IMG/VR virus record: IMGVR_UViG_2721755721_000001
Source of the DNA: a virus
Taxonomy: Duplodnaviria; Heunggongvirae; Uroviricota; Caudoviricetes
Direction: 5' to 3' (one strand)
Length of the DNA stretch: 64,000 nt
Shown here: one piece after another, positions 9,063 to 18,075 of the stretch
Position numbering within the stretch: position 1 is the stretch's first letter
Layout: the number at the start of each line of letters is the position of its first letter
Translations under genes and position numbers: made by a program
Notes under the pieces: model-generated
Databases searched by the model: none
What the model saw: only the letters and a program-made list of their open reading frames with translations
Told to the model about the DNA's origin: nothing

Positions 9063-9818
9063 TTAAACTGCTAGTTGCAATTGCATTTCAAAGCGGTCGC
9101 GTTGTTCACAATACGCAAGAGAACCAGGGCTATTGTGTGCCTCAATCCGTTCTACCATTAATGCTGCGCGTGTCTCTTTACTTGCAGGTGCATAAGCCCC
9201 AGACCAGGCTTTATCAATACCGATGTTTCGAGCGACGTTCGTACTATCTGCGCTGGCTAAGGGTAATTTTGTGAATATCAGCGGATTTAACATGCGCAAT
9301 CCATGTAGTTTCGTAACCGGCTGACCATGCCCATCAACAATGTGACGAATCAGGTCTTTCATTCTGGCTACCGCAAGAGTTGGGCGCTTTACGTCATAGT
9401 CGCCACAACTACCGATAGCCACTCGCGGAAACTCATTGCACAAATGAATAAATCGCGCGTCACTTTCATTCATGTGCCACACTGGAACGCCAGCTAGTTT
9501 TCCGTGAGGCCACTCATTCAGAAGCGCATCATTTTCCTCCTCTCCGCCATCAATAATATCCGGGATAATGGCAAAATCGAATCCTGGGTGATTCTTCCAG
9601 CGAGCAACAAACTCGTAGTAATCGCTCCAGTCGATTTTGTTTTTGCCAGCTGCTTTCCAGGCGGTGAATGCACCGTTGTCCAGCGCGAACGACTGACAGT
9701 ATTCAGCCGCGAGATTGATCTGGCCTGAATGCGCAAAACTGATAAACGCATGTCGCCCTTTCCATGCTCTCATTGCGCACGTATCAGGAGTAATAGGCCC
9801 ACCGTGGTAGTGAATCAT
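9063..9818 (-). CDS. hypothetical protein (251 aa); weak, unverified resemblance to TGT/DpdA-like transglycosylases
   Basis: Start at MIHYHGG with AAGGAG Shine-Dalgarno, coupled to the upstream stop; DNGAF motif. Confidence 0.55.
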   Translation of the reverse strand: MIHYHGGPITPDTCAMRAWKGRHAFISFAHSGQINLAAEYCQSFALDNGAFTAWKAAGKNKIDWSDYYEFVARWKNHPGFDFAIIPDIIDGGEEENDALLNEWPHGKLAGVPVWHMNESDARFIHLCNEFPRVAIGSCGDYDVKRPTLAVARMKDLIRHIVDGHGQPVTKLHGLRMLNPLIFTKLPLASADSTNVARNIGIDKAWSGAYAPASKETRAALMVERIEAHNSPGSLAYCEQRDRFEMQLQLAV

Positions 9819-9819
9819 C

Positions 9820-10227
9820 TCACTCTCCTTTGATGCGAATGCCAGTAGCGCGGATTGCATCGATGACTTCAGAAACTTTGTATGCCATTACCGTTTGGTA
9901 ATCATCGTGAAAATCTGTTCGATGAAGCATGCTGCTACGTTCCGGGAGCAGTATTTCCCGCGCTTCCAGTTCTGCAATGCGCTTTTTTGCTGCTTCCAGT
10001 TCATCCAGTAATTCCAGCACGGTAGCCGGATTAGCCTTGGCAACAAAATCCCGGACTGGCTTACAATCAATCTCCGCAATGGGTTGATACGATGTGTAGC
10101 CATGCTGTCTTGTATAACTACCGTGACGAATAACGAAAAAATCACCATTTATTTTTTTAGCCTGCCACTTATCTTCACCGGCTTTCTCTGCCGCTTCACG
10201 CAGTGCCTGAGAGTTAATTTCGCTCAC
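9820..10227 (-). CDS. Ead/Ea22-like protein
   Basis: Position and coiled-coil C-terminus typical of Ea22-like early proteins. Confidence 0.5.
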   Translation of the reverse strand: MSEINSQALREAAEKAGEDKWQAKKINGDFFVIRHGSYTRQHGYTSYQPIAEIDCKPVRDFVAKANPATVLELLDELEAAKKRIAELEAREILLPERSSMLHRTDFHDDYQTVMAYKVSEVIDAIRATGIRIKGE

Positions 10228-10445
10228 TTCGAACCTCTCTGTTTACTGATAAGCTCCAGATCCTCCTGGCAACTTGCACAAGTCCGACAACCCTGAACGG
10301 CCAAGCGTCTTCGTTCATCTATCGGATCGCCACACTCACAACAATGAGTGGCAGATATAGCCTGGTGGTTCAGGCGGCGCATTTTTATTGCTGTGCTGCG
10401 CTGTAATTCTTCAATTTCTGATGCTGAATCAATGATGTCTGCCAT
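10224..10445 (-). CDS. TraR/DksA-family zinc-finger protein
   Basis: CCECGDPIDERRR...CRTCASC four-Cys zinc finger. Confidence 0.6.
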   Translation of the reverse strand: MADIIDSASEIEELQRSTAIKMRRLNHQAISATHCCECGDPIDERRRLAVQGCRTCASCQEDLELISKQRGSK

Positions 10446-10543
10446 CTTTCATTAATCCCTGAATTGTTGGTTAATACGCTTGAGGGTAAATGCGAGCAAT
10501 AAAAAAGGAGCCTGTAGCTCCCTGATAATTTTGTTTTTCATGT

Positions 10544-10759
10544 TCATCGTTCCTTAAAGACGCCGTTTAACATGCCGATTGCCAGGCTTAAATGAGTCGG
10601 TGTGAATCCCATCAGCGTTACCGTTTCGCGGTGCTTCTTCAGTACGCCACGGCAAATGTCATCGACGTTTTTATCCGGAAACTGCTGTCTGGCTTTTTTG
10701 ATTTCAGAATTAGCCTGACGGGCAATACTGCGAAGGGCGTTTTCTTGCTGAGGTGTCAT
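10544..10759 (-). CDS. lambda orf61-like protein
   Basis: MTPQQENALRSIARQANSEIKKARQQFPDKNVDD... matches lambda early-left small ORF as recalled. Confidence 0.55.
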   Translation of the reverse strand: MTPQQENALRSIARQANSEIKKARQQFPDKNVDDICRGVLKKHRETVTLMGFTPTHLSLAIGMLNGVFKER

Positions 10760-10835
10760 TGAACAAGCCCCATGTCGGCAAGCATAAGCACACAGAATAT
10801 GAAGCCCGCTGCCAGAAAAATGCATTCAGTGGTTG

Positions 10836-11027
10836 TCATACCTGGTCTCTCTCATCTGCTTCTGCTTTCGCCACCATCATTTCCAGCTTTTGTGAAAGGG
10901 ATGTGGCTAACGTATGAAATTCTTCGTCTGTTTCTACTGGTATTGGCACAAACCTGACTCCAATTTGAGCAAGGCTATGTGCCATCTCAATGCTCGTTCT
11001 TAACTCAACAGGAGATGCTTTGTGCAT
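10836..11027 (-). CDS. lambda orf63-like protein
   Basis: Position between orf61 and orf60a, size 63 aa. Confidence 0.5.
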   Translation of the reverse strand: MHKASPVELRTSIEMAHSLAQIGVRFVPIPVETDEEFHTLATSLSQKLEMMVAKAEADERDQV

Positions 11028-11188
11028 ACAGCCCCTCGTTTATTATTTATCTCCTCAGCCAGCCGCTGGGCTTTCAGTGGATTTTGGATAACAGAAAGGT
11101 CGGGAAATACCCAGCCTCGCTTTGTAACGGAGTAGACGAAAGTGATCGCACCTACCCGGATATTATCGTGAGGATGCTTCATCGCCAT
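11000..11188 (-). CDS. lambda orf60a-like protein
   Basis: [29 protein letters not shown]..., immediately downstream of exo. Confidence 0.5.
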   Translation of the reverse strand: MAMKHPHDNIRVGAITFVYSVTKRGWVFPDLSVIQNPLKAQRLAEEINNKRGAVCTKHLLLS

Positions 11189-11859
11189 TGCTCCCCAAAT
11201 ACAAAACCAATTTCAGCCAGTGCCTCGTCCATTTTTTCGATGAACTCCGGCACCATCTCGTCAAAACCCGCCATGTACTTTTCATCCCGCTCAACCACGA
11301 CATAATGCAGTCCTTCACGCTTCATACGCGGGTCATAGTTGGCAAAGTACCAGGCATCTTTTCGCGTCACCCACATGCTGTACTGCACCTGGGCCATGTA
11401 AGCTGACTTTATGGCCTCGAAACCACCGAGCCGGAACTTCATGAAATCCCGGGAGGTAAACGGGCATTTCAGTTCAAGGCCGTTGCCGTCACTGCATAAA
11501 CCATCTGGAGAGCAGGCGGTACGCATACTTTCGTCGCGATAGATGATCGGTGATTCAGTAACATTCACGCCGGAAGTGAACTCAAACAGGGCTCTGGCGT
11601 CGTTCTCGTACTGTTTTCCCCAGGCCAGCGCTTTAGCGTTAACTTCCGGAGCCACACCGGTGCAAACCTCAGCAAGCAGGGTGTGGAAGTAGGACATTTT
11701 CATGTCAGGCCACTTTTTTCCGGAGCGGGGTTTTGCTATTACGTTATGAACTTCTGAAGCTGTGATGACGCCGAGCCGTAATTTGTGCCACGCATCATCC
11801 CCCTGTTCGACAGCTCTCACGTCGATCCCGGTACGCTGCAGGATAATGTCCGGTGTCAT
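11179..11859 (-). CDS. exo: lambda exonuclease (Red alpha)
   Basis: 226 aa, [40 protein letters not shown]... near-identical to lambda Exo. Confidence 0.95.
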   Translation of the reverse strand: MTPDIILQRTGIDVRAVEQGDDAWHKLRLGVITASEVHNVIAKPRSGKKWPDMKMSYFHTLLAEVCTGVAPEVNAKALAWGKQYENDARALFEFTSGVNVTESPIIYRDESMRTACSPDGLCSDGNGLELKCPFTSRDFMKFRLGGFEAIKSAYMAQVQYSMWVTRKDAWYFANYDPRMKREGLHYVVVERDEKYMAGFDEMVPEFIEKMDEALAEIGFVFGEQWR

Positions 11860-12641
11860 GCTGCCACCTTCTGCTCAGTGGCTTTCTGTTTCAGGAATCC
11901 AAGAGCTTTCACTGCTTCGGCCTGTGTCAGTTCTGACGATGCGCGAATGTCGCGGCGAAATATCTGGGAACAGAGCGGCAATAAGTCGTCATCCCATGTT
12001 TTATCCAGGGCGATTAGCAGAGTGTTAATCTCCTGCATGGTTTCATCGTTAACCGGAGTGATGTCGCGTTCCGGCTGGCGTTCTGCAGTGTATGCAGTAT
12101 TTTCGACAATGCGCTCGGCTTCATCCTTGTCATAGATACCAGCAAATCCGAAGGCCAGACGGGCACACTGAATCATGGCTTTATGCCGTAACATCCGTTT
12201 AGGATGCGACTGCCACGGCCCCGTGATTTCTCTGCCTTCGCGAGTTTTGAATGGTTCGCGGCGGCATTCATCCATCCATTCGGTAACGCAGATCGGATGA
12301 TTACGGTCCTTGCGGTAAATCCGGCATGTACAGGATTCATTGTCCTGCTCAAAGTCCATGCCATCAAACTGCTGGTTTTCATTGATGATGCGGGACCAGC
12401 CATCAACGCCCACCACCGGAACGATGCCGTTCTGCTTATCAGGGAAGGCGTAAATTTCTTTCGTCCACGGATTAAGGCCGTACTGGTTGGCGACGATCAA
12501 CAATGCGATGAACTGCGCATCGCTGGCATCGCCTTTAAATGCCGTCTGGCGAAGAGTGGCGATCAGTTCCTGTGGGTCGACAGAATCCATGCCGACACGT
12601 TCAGCCAGCTTCCCTGCCAGCGTTGCGAGTGCTGTACTCAT
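11856..12641 (-). CDS. bet: lambda Bet (Red beta) single-strand annealing protein
   Basis: 261 aa, near-identical to lambda Bet. Confidence 0.95.
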   Translation of the reverse strand: MSTALATLAGKLAERVGMDSVDPQELIATLRQTAFKGDASDAQFIALLIVANQYGLNPWTKEIYAFPDKQNGIVPVVGVDGWSRIINENQQFDGMDFEQDNESCTCRIYRKDRNHPICVTEWMDECRREPFKTREGREITGPWQSHPKRMLRHKAMIQCARLAFGFAGIYDKDEAERIVENTAYTAERQPERDITPVNDETMQEINTLLIALDKTWDDDLLPLCSQIFRRDIRASSELTQAEAVKALGFLKQKATEQKVAA

Positions 12642-12665
12642 CCGTTTTATACCTCTGAATCAATA

Positions 12666-13064
12666 TCAACCTGGATGGTGAGCAATGGTTTCAACCATGT
12701 ACCGGATGTGTTCTGCCATGCGCTCCTGAAACTCAACATCGTCATCAAACGCACGGGTAATGGCTTTTTTGCTGGCCCCGTGGCGTTGCAAATGATCGAT
12801 GCATAGCGATTCAAACAGGTGCTGGGGCAGGCCTTTTTCCATGTCGTCTGCCAGTTCTGCCTCTTTCTCTTCACGGGCGATCTGCTGGTAGTGACGCGCC
12901 CAGCTCTGAGCCTCAAGACGATCCTGAATGTAATAAGCGTTCATGGCTGAACTCCTGAAATAGCTGTGAAAATATCGCCCGCGAAATGCCAGGCTGATTA
13001 GGAAAACAGGAAAGGGGGTTAGTGAATGCTTTTGCTTGATCTCAGTTTCAGCATTAATATCCAT
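12666..13064 (-). CDS. gam: lambda Gam, C-terminus altered by apparent 1-bp insertion
   Basis: [22 protein letters not shown]... matches lambda Gam; ends ...IAHHPG while the -1 frame (12647-12670) encodes QVDIDSEV-stop. Confidence 0.85.
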   Translation of the reverse strand: MDINAETEIKQKHSLTPFPVFLISLAFRGRYFHSYFRSSAMNAYYIQDRLEAQSWARHYQQIAREEKEAELADDMEKGLPQHLFESLCIDHLQRHGASKKAITRAFDDDVEFQERMAEHIRYMVETIAHHPG

Positions 13065-13162
13065 TTTTTATAAGCGTCGACGGCTTCACGAAACATCTTT
13101 TCATCGCCAATAAAAGTGGCGATAGTGAATTTAGTCTGGATAGCCATAAGTGTTTGATCCAT
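13019..13162 (-). CDS. kil: lambda Kil
   Basis: [36 protein letters not shown]... Confidence 0.75.
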   Translation of the reverse strand: MDQTLMAIQTKFTIATFIGDEKMFREAVDAYKKWILMLKLRSSKSIH

Positions 13163-13295
13163 TCTTTGGGACTCCTGGCTGATTAAGTATGTCGATAAGG
13201 CGTTTCCATCCGTCACGTAATTTACGGGTGATTCGTTCAAGTAAAGATTCGGAAGGGCAGCCAGCAACAGGCCACCCTGCAATGGCATATTGCAT
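13131..13295 (-). CDS. cIII: lambda CIII (FtsH inhibitor)
   Basis: [54 protein letters not shown]. Confidence 0.85.
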   Translation of the reverse strand: MQYAIAGWPVAGCPSESLLERITRKLRDGWKRLIDILNQPGVPKNGSNTYGYPD

Positions 13296-13367
13296 GGTGT
13301 GCTCCTTATTTATACATAACGAAAAACGCCTCGAGTGAAGCGTTATTGGTATGCGGTAAAGCCGCAC

Positions 13368-13736
13368 TCAGGCGGCCTTGATAGTCATATCATCTGAATC
13401 AAATATTCCTGATGTATCGATATCGGTAATTCTTATTCCTTCGCTACCATCCATTGGAGGCCATCCTTCCTGACCATTTCCATCATTCCAGTCGAACTCA
13501 CACACAACACCATATGCATTTAAGTCGCTTGAAATTGCTATAAGCAGAGCATGTTGCGCCAGCATGATTAATACAGCATTTAATACAGAGCCGTGTTTAT
13601 TGAGTCGGTATTCAGAGTCTGACCAGAAATTATTAATCTGGTGAAGTTTTTCCTCTGTCATTACGTCATGGTCGATTTCAATTTCTATTGATGCTTTCCA
13701 GTCGTAATCAATGATGTATTTTTTGATGTTTGACAT
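13368..13736 (-). CDS. ea10: lambda Ea10
   Basis: 122 aa, MSNIKKYIIDYDWKASIEIEIDHDV... Confidence 0.8.
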   Translation of the reverse strand: MSNIKKYIIDYDWKASIEIEIDHDVMTEEKLHQINNFWSDSEYRLNKHGSVLNAVLIMLAQHALLIAISSDLNAYGVVCEFDWNDGNGQEGWPPMDGSEGIRITDIDTSGIFDSDDMTIKAA

Positions 13737-13916
13737 CTGTTCATATCCTCATAGATAAAAAATCGCCCTCACACTGGAGGGCAAAGAAGATTTCCAATAA
13801 TCAGAACAAGTCGGCTCCTGTTTAGTTACGAGCGACATTGCTCCGTGTATTCACTCGTTGGAATGAATACACAGTGCTGTGTTTATTCTGTTGTTTATGC
13901 CAAAAATAAAGGCCGA

Positions 13917-14540
13917 CTATGCGGCCTCGGAAGGAAGTCCAATCATCTTATTCAAATCTTCTACCCGTAAAGCAGGAAGTGCTGTACTTGCTTTATCTGC
14001 TTCTTTTGGTAGCAATTCTTTGCTTTCAGGCCAAACTTCAATAAGTCGCTTAACTGTTGTTACTGAGTTCAAAGCAGCCCATACATTTGATTCGATATCC
14101 TTTTTCCTGGCTTCAAGTTTTTGTTGCAATGCGCAGATTTCATCAAACCTTTTTGTTATTTCGTGTTCTGCGTTAAACATGCATTTATCTCTGTTAGGAG
14201 TAGGGAGCAATATATCTTCGCCGTTACCGTCTTTTCCATATGAATACCAGCCAACCCTTCTGCCAGATACAGTCAGATAAATTGAAGTAGAACGAACATC
14301 GTATGAGTAAAATGAACATCCCATCTTTTCAAGTTCTTCACTTATAGCCATTAATCTGGATGATAACTGATCCACTTCTTCAGTTTTCTTTTTACCGCCA
14401 AACGCAACAACTCTGGCGTCAAGTGCAAGCCGGTTCTTTAACTTTGTTACTTCTTCAAGTTCGGTGAAAACCCCGGACTTAATTAAAGCGTTACGAGCGA
14501 TATCCTCTTTCATTCTCGTAGTTAAGCGGATTGATGACAT
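13917..14540 (-). CDS. hypothetical protein (about 207 aa) in the ral/sieB slot between ea10 and N
   Basis: Start at MSSIRLTTRM with GAGAGG Shine-Dalgarno; no motif recognised. Confidence 0.55.
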   Translation of the reverse strand: MSSIRLTTRMKEDIARNALIKSGVFTELEEVTKLKNRLALDARVVAFGGKKKTEEVDQLSSRLMAISEELEKMGCSFYSYDVRSTSIYLTVSGRRVGWYSYGKDGNGEDILLPTPNRDKCMFNAEHEITKRFDEICALQQKLEARKKDIESNVWAALNSVTTVKRLIEVWPESKELLPKEADKASTALPALRVEDLNKMIGLPSEAA

Positions 14541-14601
14541 ATTAATTCCTCTCAAATAAGTGGTTTGCTGCCTGATTTCATTTTCTGGTGACCAACACAA
14601 G

Positions 14602-14985
14602 TCATCTTGCTGTCAGTTGTTTTGATTTCCGGTAGCCTGCCGCGTAAATGGCTACGTTTGGAAGACATACACCAGTTTCTGGTTGCTTATGTCCAAACTC
14701 ATTCGCGTACACAATGGCCGCTCGCTCCAGATTGCGTCTGTATTCTTTCTGTTGCCAGATCACGTCCTGTGCCATGAACTTAATTGGCTTAGCGTCTTCT
14801 ATGCGCTCAGGCGTTTCGTGAGTACCTTTAGCCTGAATCTGCGCTCTGCTTAGAGTAGGGCGGTGTAATACTTCTGAACTTATTGCTTCTTCGCGGGCCA
14901 GTACGCCGTTAGCTAATGCCTTTGCCTTTAAACGCTCACGACGACGAGAACGTGAATTGCCTTTGAACTGAGTTCTGCGTGTCAT
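14602..14985 (-). CDS. N-like transcription antiterminator (arginine-rich N-terminus)
   Basis: MTRRTQFKGNSRSRRRERLKAKALANG... arginine-rich motif; first gene leftward of the immunity region. Confidence 0.6.
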   Translation of the reverse strand: MTRRTQFKGNSRSRRRERLKAKALANGVLAREEAISSEVLHRPTLSRAQIQAKGTHETPERIEDAKPIKFMAQDVIWQQKEYRRNLERAAIVYANEFGHKQPETGVCLPNVAIYAAGYRKSKQLTAR

Positions 14986-15454
14986 ATAGACCTCCTGATG
15001 AACTTTGGTGGTGTGGTAGGTGGGAGACCCATTTCGACCTGTTTCGGCCTACTTCAATTCGGCAATAGTCCCGCAGGCCTCGCCGCTTTACGTGCGACAT
15101 ATTCCCGTCCATGAACCCTTCACCACACCCCAAAGTTCACTTTGGTTATTGCGCTTTGTCAGCGCCGTAGATTCATATTCGAATCGTTGTATATTCACCG
15201 CCCTGGTGAGTAATGCGTCCTGCTGACGACGATAATAATGAACCAATAGTTCGACATTATTAAGAACTATTGGTACGAATTTTGGTGATTTATTAACTCT
15301 ACGAAGTATGATTCTGATATATAAGGAAATTTATTTTTGAAAATGTGGCTGATGAAGGTTATGCGGCAGGGATCATAACTGCATGGTTTAGCGAGTTACA
15401 TCAACAAATACAATTGGTTATGGTGTTTTTAGGTGGGGGATCGAGAGGCAAAGA

Positions 15455-15485
15455 AAACCCGGCTCGGTGGCCGGGGTTAGATTTT
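15455..15485 (-). terminator. rho-independent terminator downstream of the 341-aa gene
   Basis: Minus-strand CCCGGC-cacc-gaGCCGGG hairpin followed by TTTTCTTT, directly after the stop at 15489. Confidence 0.55.
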
Positions 15486-15488
15486 CTG

Positions 15489-16514
15489 TTATGGGCGAGT
15501 GATGGTTGATGCGTTTCCGTTTTCTATTACACCTGCTCGTATCGTGTAGCTTCCCAAGATTTTTACTGTCCTGTTTTCTTTCATTGCATCAAACAGTATG
15601 GCGATCTCGTCTTTATCATCTATGAACGACGTGTCCACCGAAACAGGGAAACTGTCTTCACTAGATGGTTCGCGGCAGCTTAGGGTTATCTTTTCCGCAG
15701 TACGCTTGATTCCATCAATGACTAATTCAAGGTTTCTTTCTTCTTTTTTTGCTTTTTCGATAGGGTTCTTGATTAGTTCGTGGATTTCTTTGTTAGACAG
15801 TTCAACTGTGCTTGCGCCTGATATGACAATTTTGTCAGCATCAGACGCGCCTTTTAATACCCCTGTATACGCTTTTGCAGTATGCTCTTGAATCCCTTCG
15901 GCGCGCTCTACTGCATCTATGCCCGCTTTAGCTCTAATCGCCTCAAGCATTCCGTCCCTTAATATCGTCATGCGCTCGTTTTCTGATTTAATCTTGGCTT
16001 CTTCGAGCTTTGTTTCTTCTTGCTTGACTTCTACTTCGGCTTTTTTCTCTAAGTATGATGTACCAACCCATGCACCGCCTATAACGGTGACAGCAAACAA
16101 GAAGCATAATGTTTTTTGGCTAGGACTCATACCGTGTGTTACCTTCTCAAAGGCTTTACCGAATGCTTCAAAAAGCTTTGTTAATGCAGCAAGTATATCA
16201 GTACAACCTTCATTAATGGTAAAGATGATCTCTGCTTCCTCTTTATCTTTACCAGTTAACCTTTGAAGGTTGTCAGTTTTATATTTTATTAGTGTGAAAA
16301 CTTTATAAATTTCAGTCTGAAATTCGCATAAACCCTGAGCTAGAGGAGATGGAAGCGTTCCGTTGTAGCGAGAAGGATCACCATAAATCTTAAAATTCAC
16401 ATTATTGAAGAGGTCTAACTTGATCCTGTCGATAGTGATCTCTTCGCCACCATCTAACCTTGCAAACAAAGATTCAATGTCGTCCAGACTTGAAACATTA
16501 ATAATATCTTTCAT
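15489..16514 (-). CDS. unassigned membrane-anchored protein (341 aa) in the rexAB position downstream of cI
   Basis: GAAGGTG Shine-Dalgarno; AT-rich; one predicted TM helix (LCFLFAVTVIGGAWVGTSYL) then K/E-rich coiled coil; no motif recognised. Confidence 0.7.
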   Translation of the reverse strand: MKDIINVSSLDDIESLFARLDGGEEITIDRIKLDLFNNVNFKIYGDPSRYNGTLPSPLAQGLCEFQTEIYKVFTLIKYKTDNLQRLTGKDKEEAEIIFTINEGCTDILAALTKLFEAFGKAFEKVTHGMSPSQKTLCFLFAVTVIGGAWVGTSYLEKKAEVEVKQEETKLEEAKIKSENERMTILRDGMLEAIRAKAGIDAVERAEGIQEHTAKAYTGVLKGASDADKIVISGASTVELSNKEIHELIKNPIEKAKKEERNLELVIDGIKRTAEKITLSCREPSSEDSFPVSVDTSFIDDKDEIAILFDAMKENRTVKILGSYTIRAGVIENGNASTITRP

Positions 16515-16594
16515 TACAACACCTTCGGCACAACCTTGCTAGTTAAATTAGTGATTATAAAAATTGGATACTTACCAGCTATGTGACGATGAAG

Positions 16595-17302
16595 TCACGA
16601 ACTTTTCAGCCACTCCCTTGCCTCGATGTCATCCAGATGGCGAGATTGCTTCAGAATACCAGCTACATACTCCACCTTTGCTACTTGATGATAAGGCAAC
16701 GTTATAGGCCTGTGATCCTGGTTAATGCTTGTAAATTGGTATTCTCCATCTCTGTCATAGCCAAGAACCTTAATCATGTTGTGTCCTTCAACGGTTCTGA
16801 CAAACACCTCATCACCCGGGAATACTTTGGTGTTAGGCTCAATGAGTACATATTCTCCTGATTTTATTCTGGGCCACATGCTGTCTCCTTTCACACGAAG
16901 ACCAAAGGCATCTGGATCATCGCTATAAATTTTGAGCCACCCATCGCGCTCTTCGGTCATCTCGATGGCACCATCAACACCAAGAATTGCCTCACCAACC
17001 ACGCGCACTAACCCTTTTTTTAATTTGCCAACAAATGAAAGAGTATCTTCATCATTCGCTCCATTTAACGAAGTGCCGTGCTGAAGCCAAACAACATCAA
17101 CGTTTAGAAATTTCGCAAGCGCATTCATTTTTTCCTGACGCGGTAAAGACTCAGCATTAAACCATTTGCTAACGCCTTTGGACGAAAGAGAAAGGGCACG
17201 GGCTATAGCCATTCCCCTACCATGTTCATCAAGACCAGCTTCTTTACAGGCTTGCGCTAGCCGCTGGGCGAATTCTTTGCGCACTTTTTCATTCTGAACC
17301 AT
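16595..17302 (-). CDS. cI: CI-type prophage repressor (HTH + S24 LexA-like peptidase)
   Basis: N-terminal HTH, C-terminal GDSMWP Ser/Lys dyad region; divergent from cro. Confidence 0.9.
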   Translation of the reverse strand: MVQNEKVRKEFAQRLAQACKEAGLDEHGRGMAIARALSLSSKGVSKWFNAESLPRQEKMNALAKFLNVDVVWLQHGTSLNGANDEDTLSFVGKLKKGLVRVVGEAILGVDGAIEMTEERDGWLKIYSDDPDAFGLRVKGDSMWPRIKSGEYVLIEPNTKVFPGDEVFVRTVEGHNMIKVLGYDRDGEYQFTSINQDHRPITLPYHQVAKVEYVAGILKQSRHLDDIEAREWLKSS

Positions 17303-17380
17303 GAGTACGATACTAAAGCACTTGCAAAAACTTTCAGTTCAACCATAATACGTACTGAAAGTACGAAAAAGGATATTCCT
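17303..17380. promoter_or_regulatory. cI-cro intergenic operator/promoter region (oR, pRM/pR analogue)
   Basis: 78-bp divergent intergenic region with partially symmetric GTACTGAAAGTAC-type elements. Confidence 0.5.
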
Positions 17381-17608
17381 ATGCAAAATCTTGATGAGCC
17401 GATTAAAGGTGTCGGCATCCCTGAAGTTGCGAAGGCTTGTGGAGTTAGCGAAAGGGCTGTCTATAAGTGGCTCAAAAACGGCTTCCTCCCTAAGACTGAG
17501 TTTTTTGGGAAAACTAAATACGCATCAAAAATCGAAGAGATTTCTGGTGGCAAATATCAAGCAAGCGAAATGCTTGAAATAAGCAAAAAGAACCTTCTGG
17601 CTGCATAA
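17381..17608 (+). CDS. cro: Cro-like HTH repressor
   Basis: 75-aa HTH protein divergent from cI. Confidence 0.7.
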   Translation: MQNLDEPIKGVGIPEVAKACGVSERAVYKWLKNGFLPKTEFFGKTKYASKIEEISGGKYQASEMLEISKKNLLAA

Positions 17609-17746
17609 GTAACACCGCTATTTTCACAATGGACATTCGTCCTACGTCGCTGACAAAGCGAGTCCCAATATATCTGACCAACTAAGGCCATATGCGTTTC
17701 CACGCATACCTTTCAACTAGCTATTCGCTATTGGAAATCTTAAGAA

Positions 17747-18043
17747 ATGGAACAAACAAGTTACAGCAAACTATCACAGCGAGAAATTGATCGCGCTGAA
17801 ACTGATTTACTCATCAACCTGTCAACGCTTACCCAGCGCGGTCTGGCAAAGATGATTGGCTGTCATGAATCGAAGATAAGCAGAACAGACTGGAGGTTTA
17901 TAGCTTCGGTCTTGTGTGCTTTTGGCATGGCATCAGACATCAGTCCGATTAGCAGAGCTTTTAAGTATGCGCTTGATGAAATCACAAAGAAAAAATCCCC
18001 GGTGGCCGCCGGGGACTCTAAGCAAATTGATATGCAATTCTGA
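17747..18043 (+). CDS. cII: CII-like transcriptional activator
   Basis: C-terminal ...KKKSPVAAGDSKQIDMQF resembles lambda CII ...KKRPAATERSEQIQMEF. Confidence 0.75.
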   Translation: MEQTSYSKLSQREIDRAETDLLINLSTLTQRGLAKMIGCHESKISRTDWRFIASVLCAFGMASDISPISRAFKYALDEITKKKSPVAAGDSKQIDMQF

Positions 18044-18075
18044 GGGAATTACTGGATCAATCCACAGGAGTCATT

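Noticed and set aside
12204-12806. 200-aa plus-strand ORF
   Set aside because: Entirely antisense to the near-lambda-identical bet/gam genes; the minus-strand genes explain the region.
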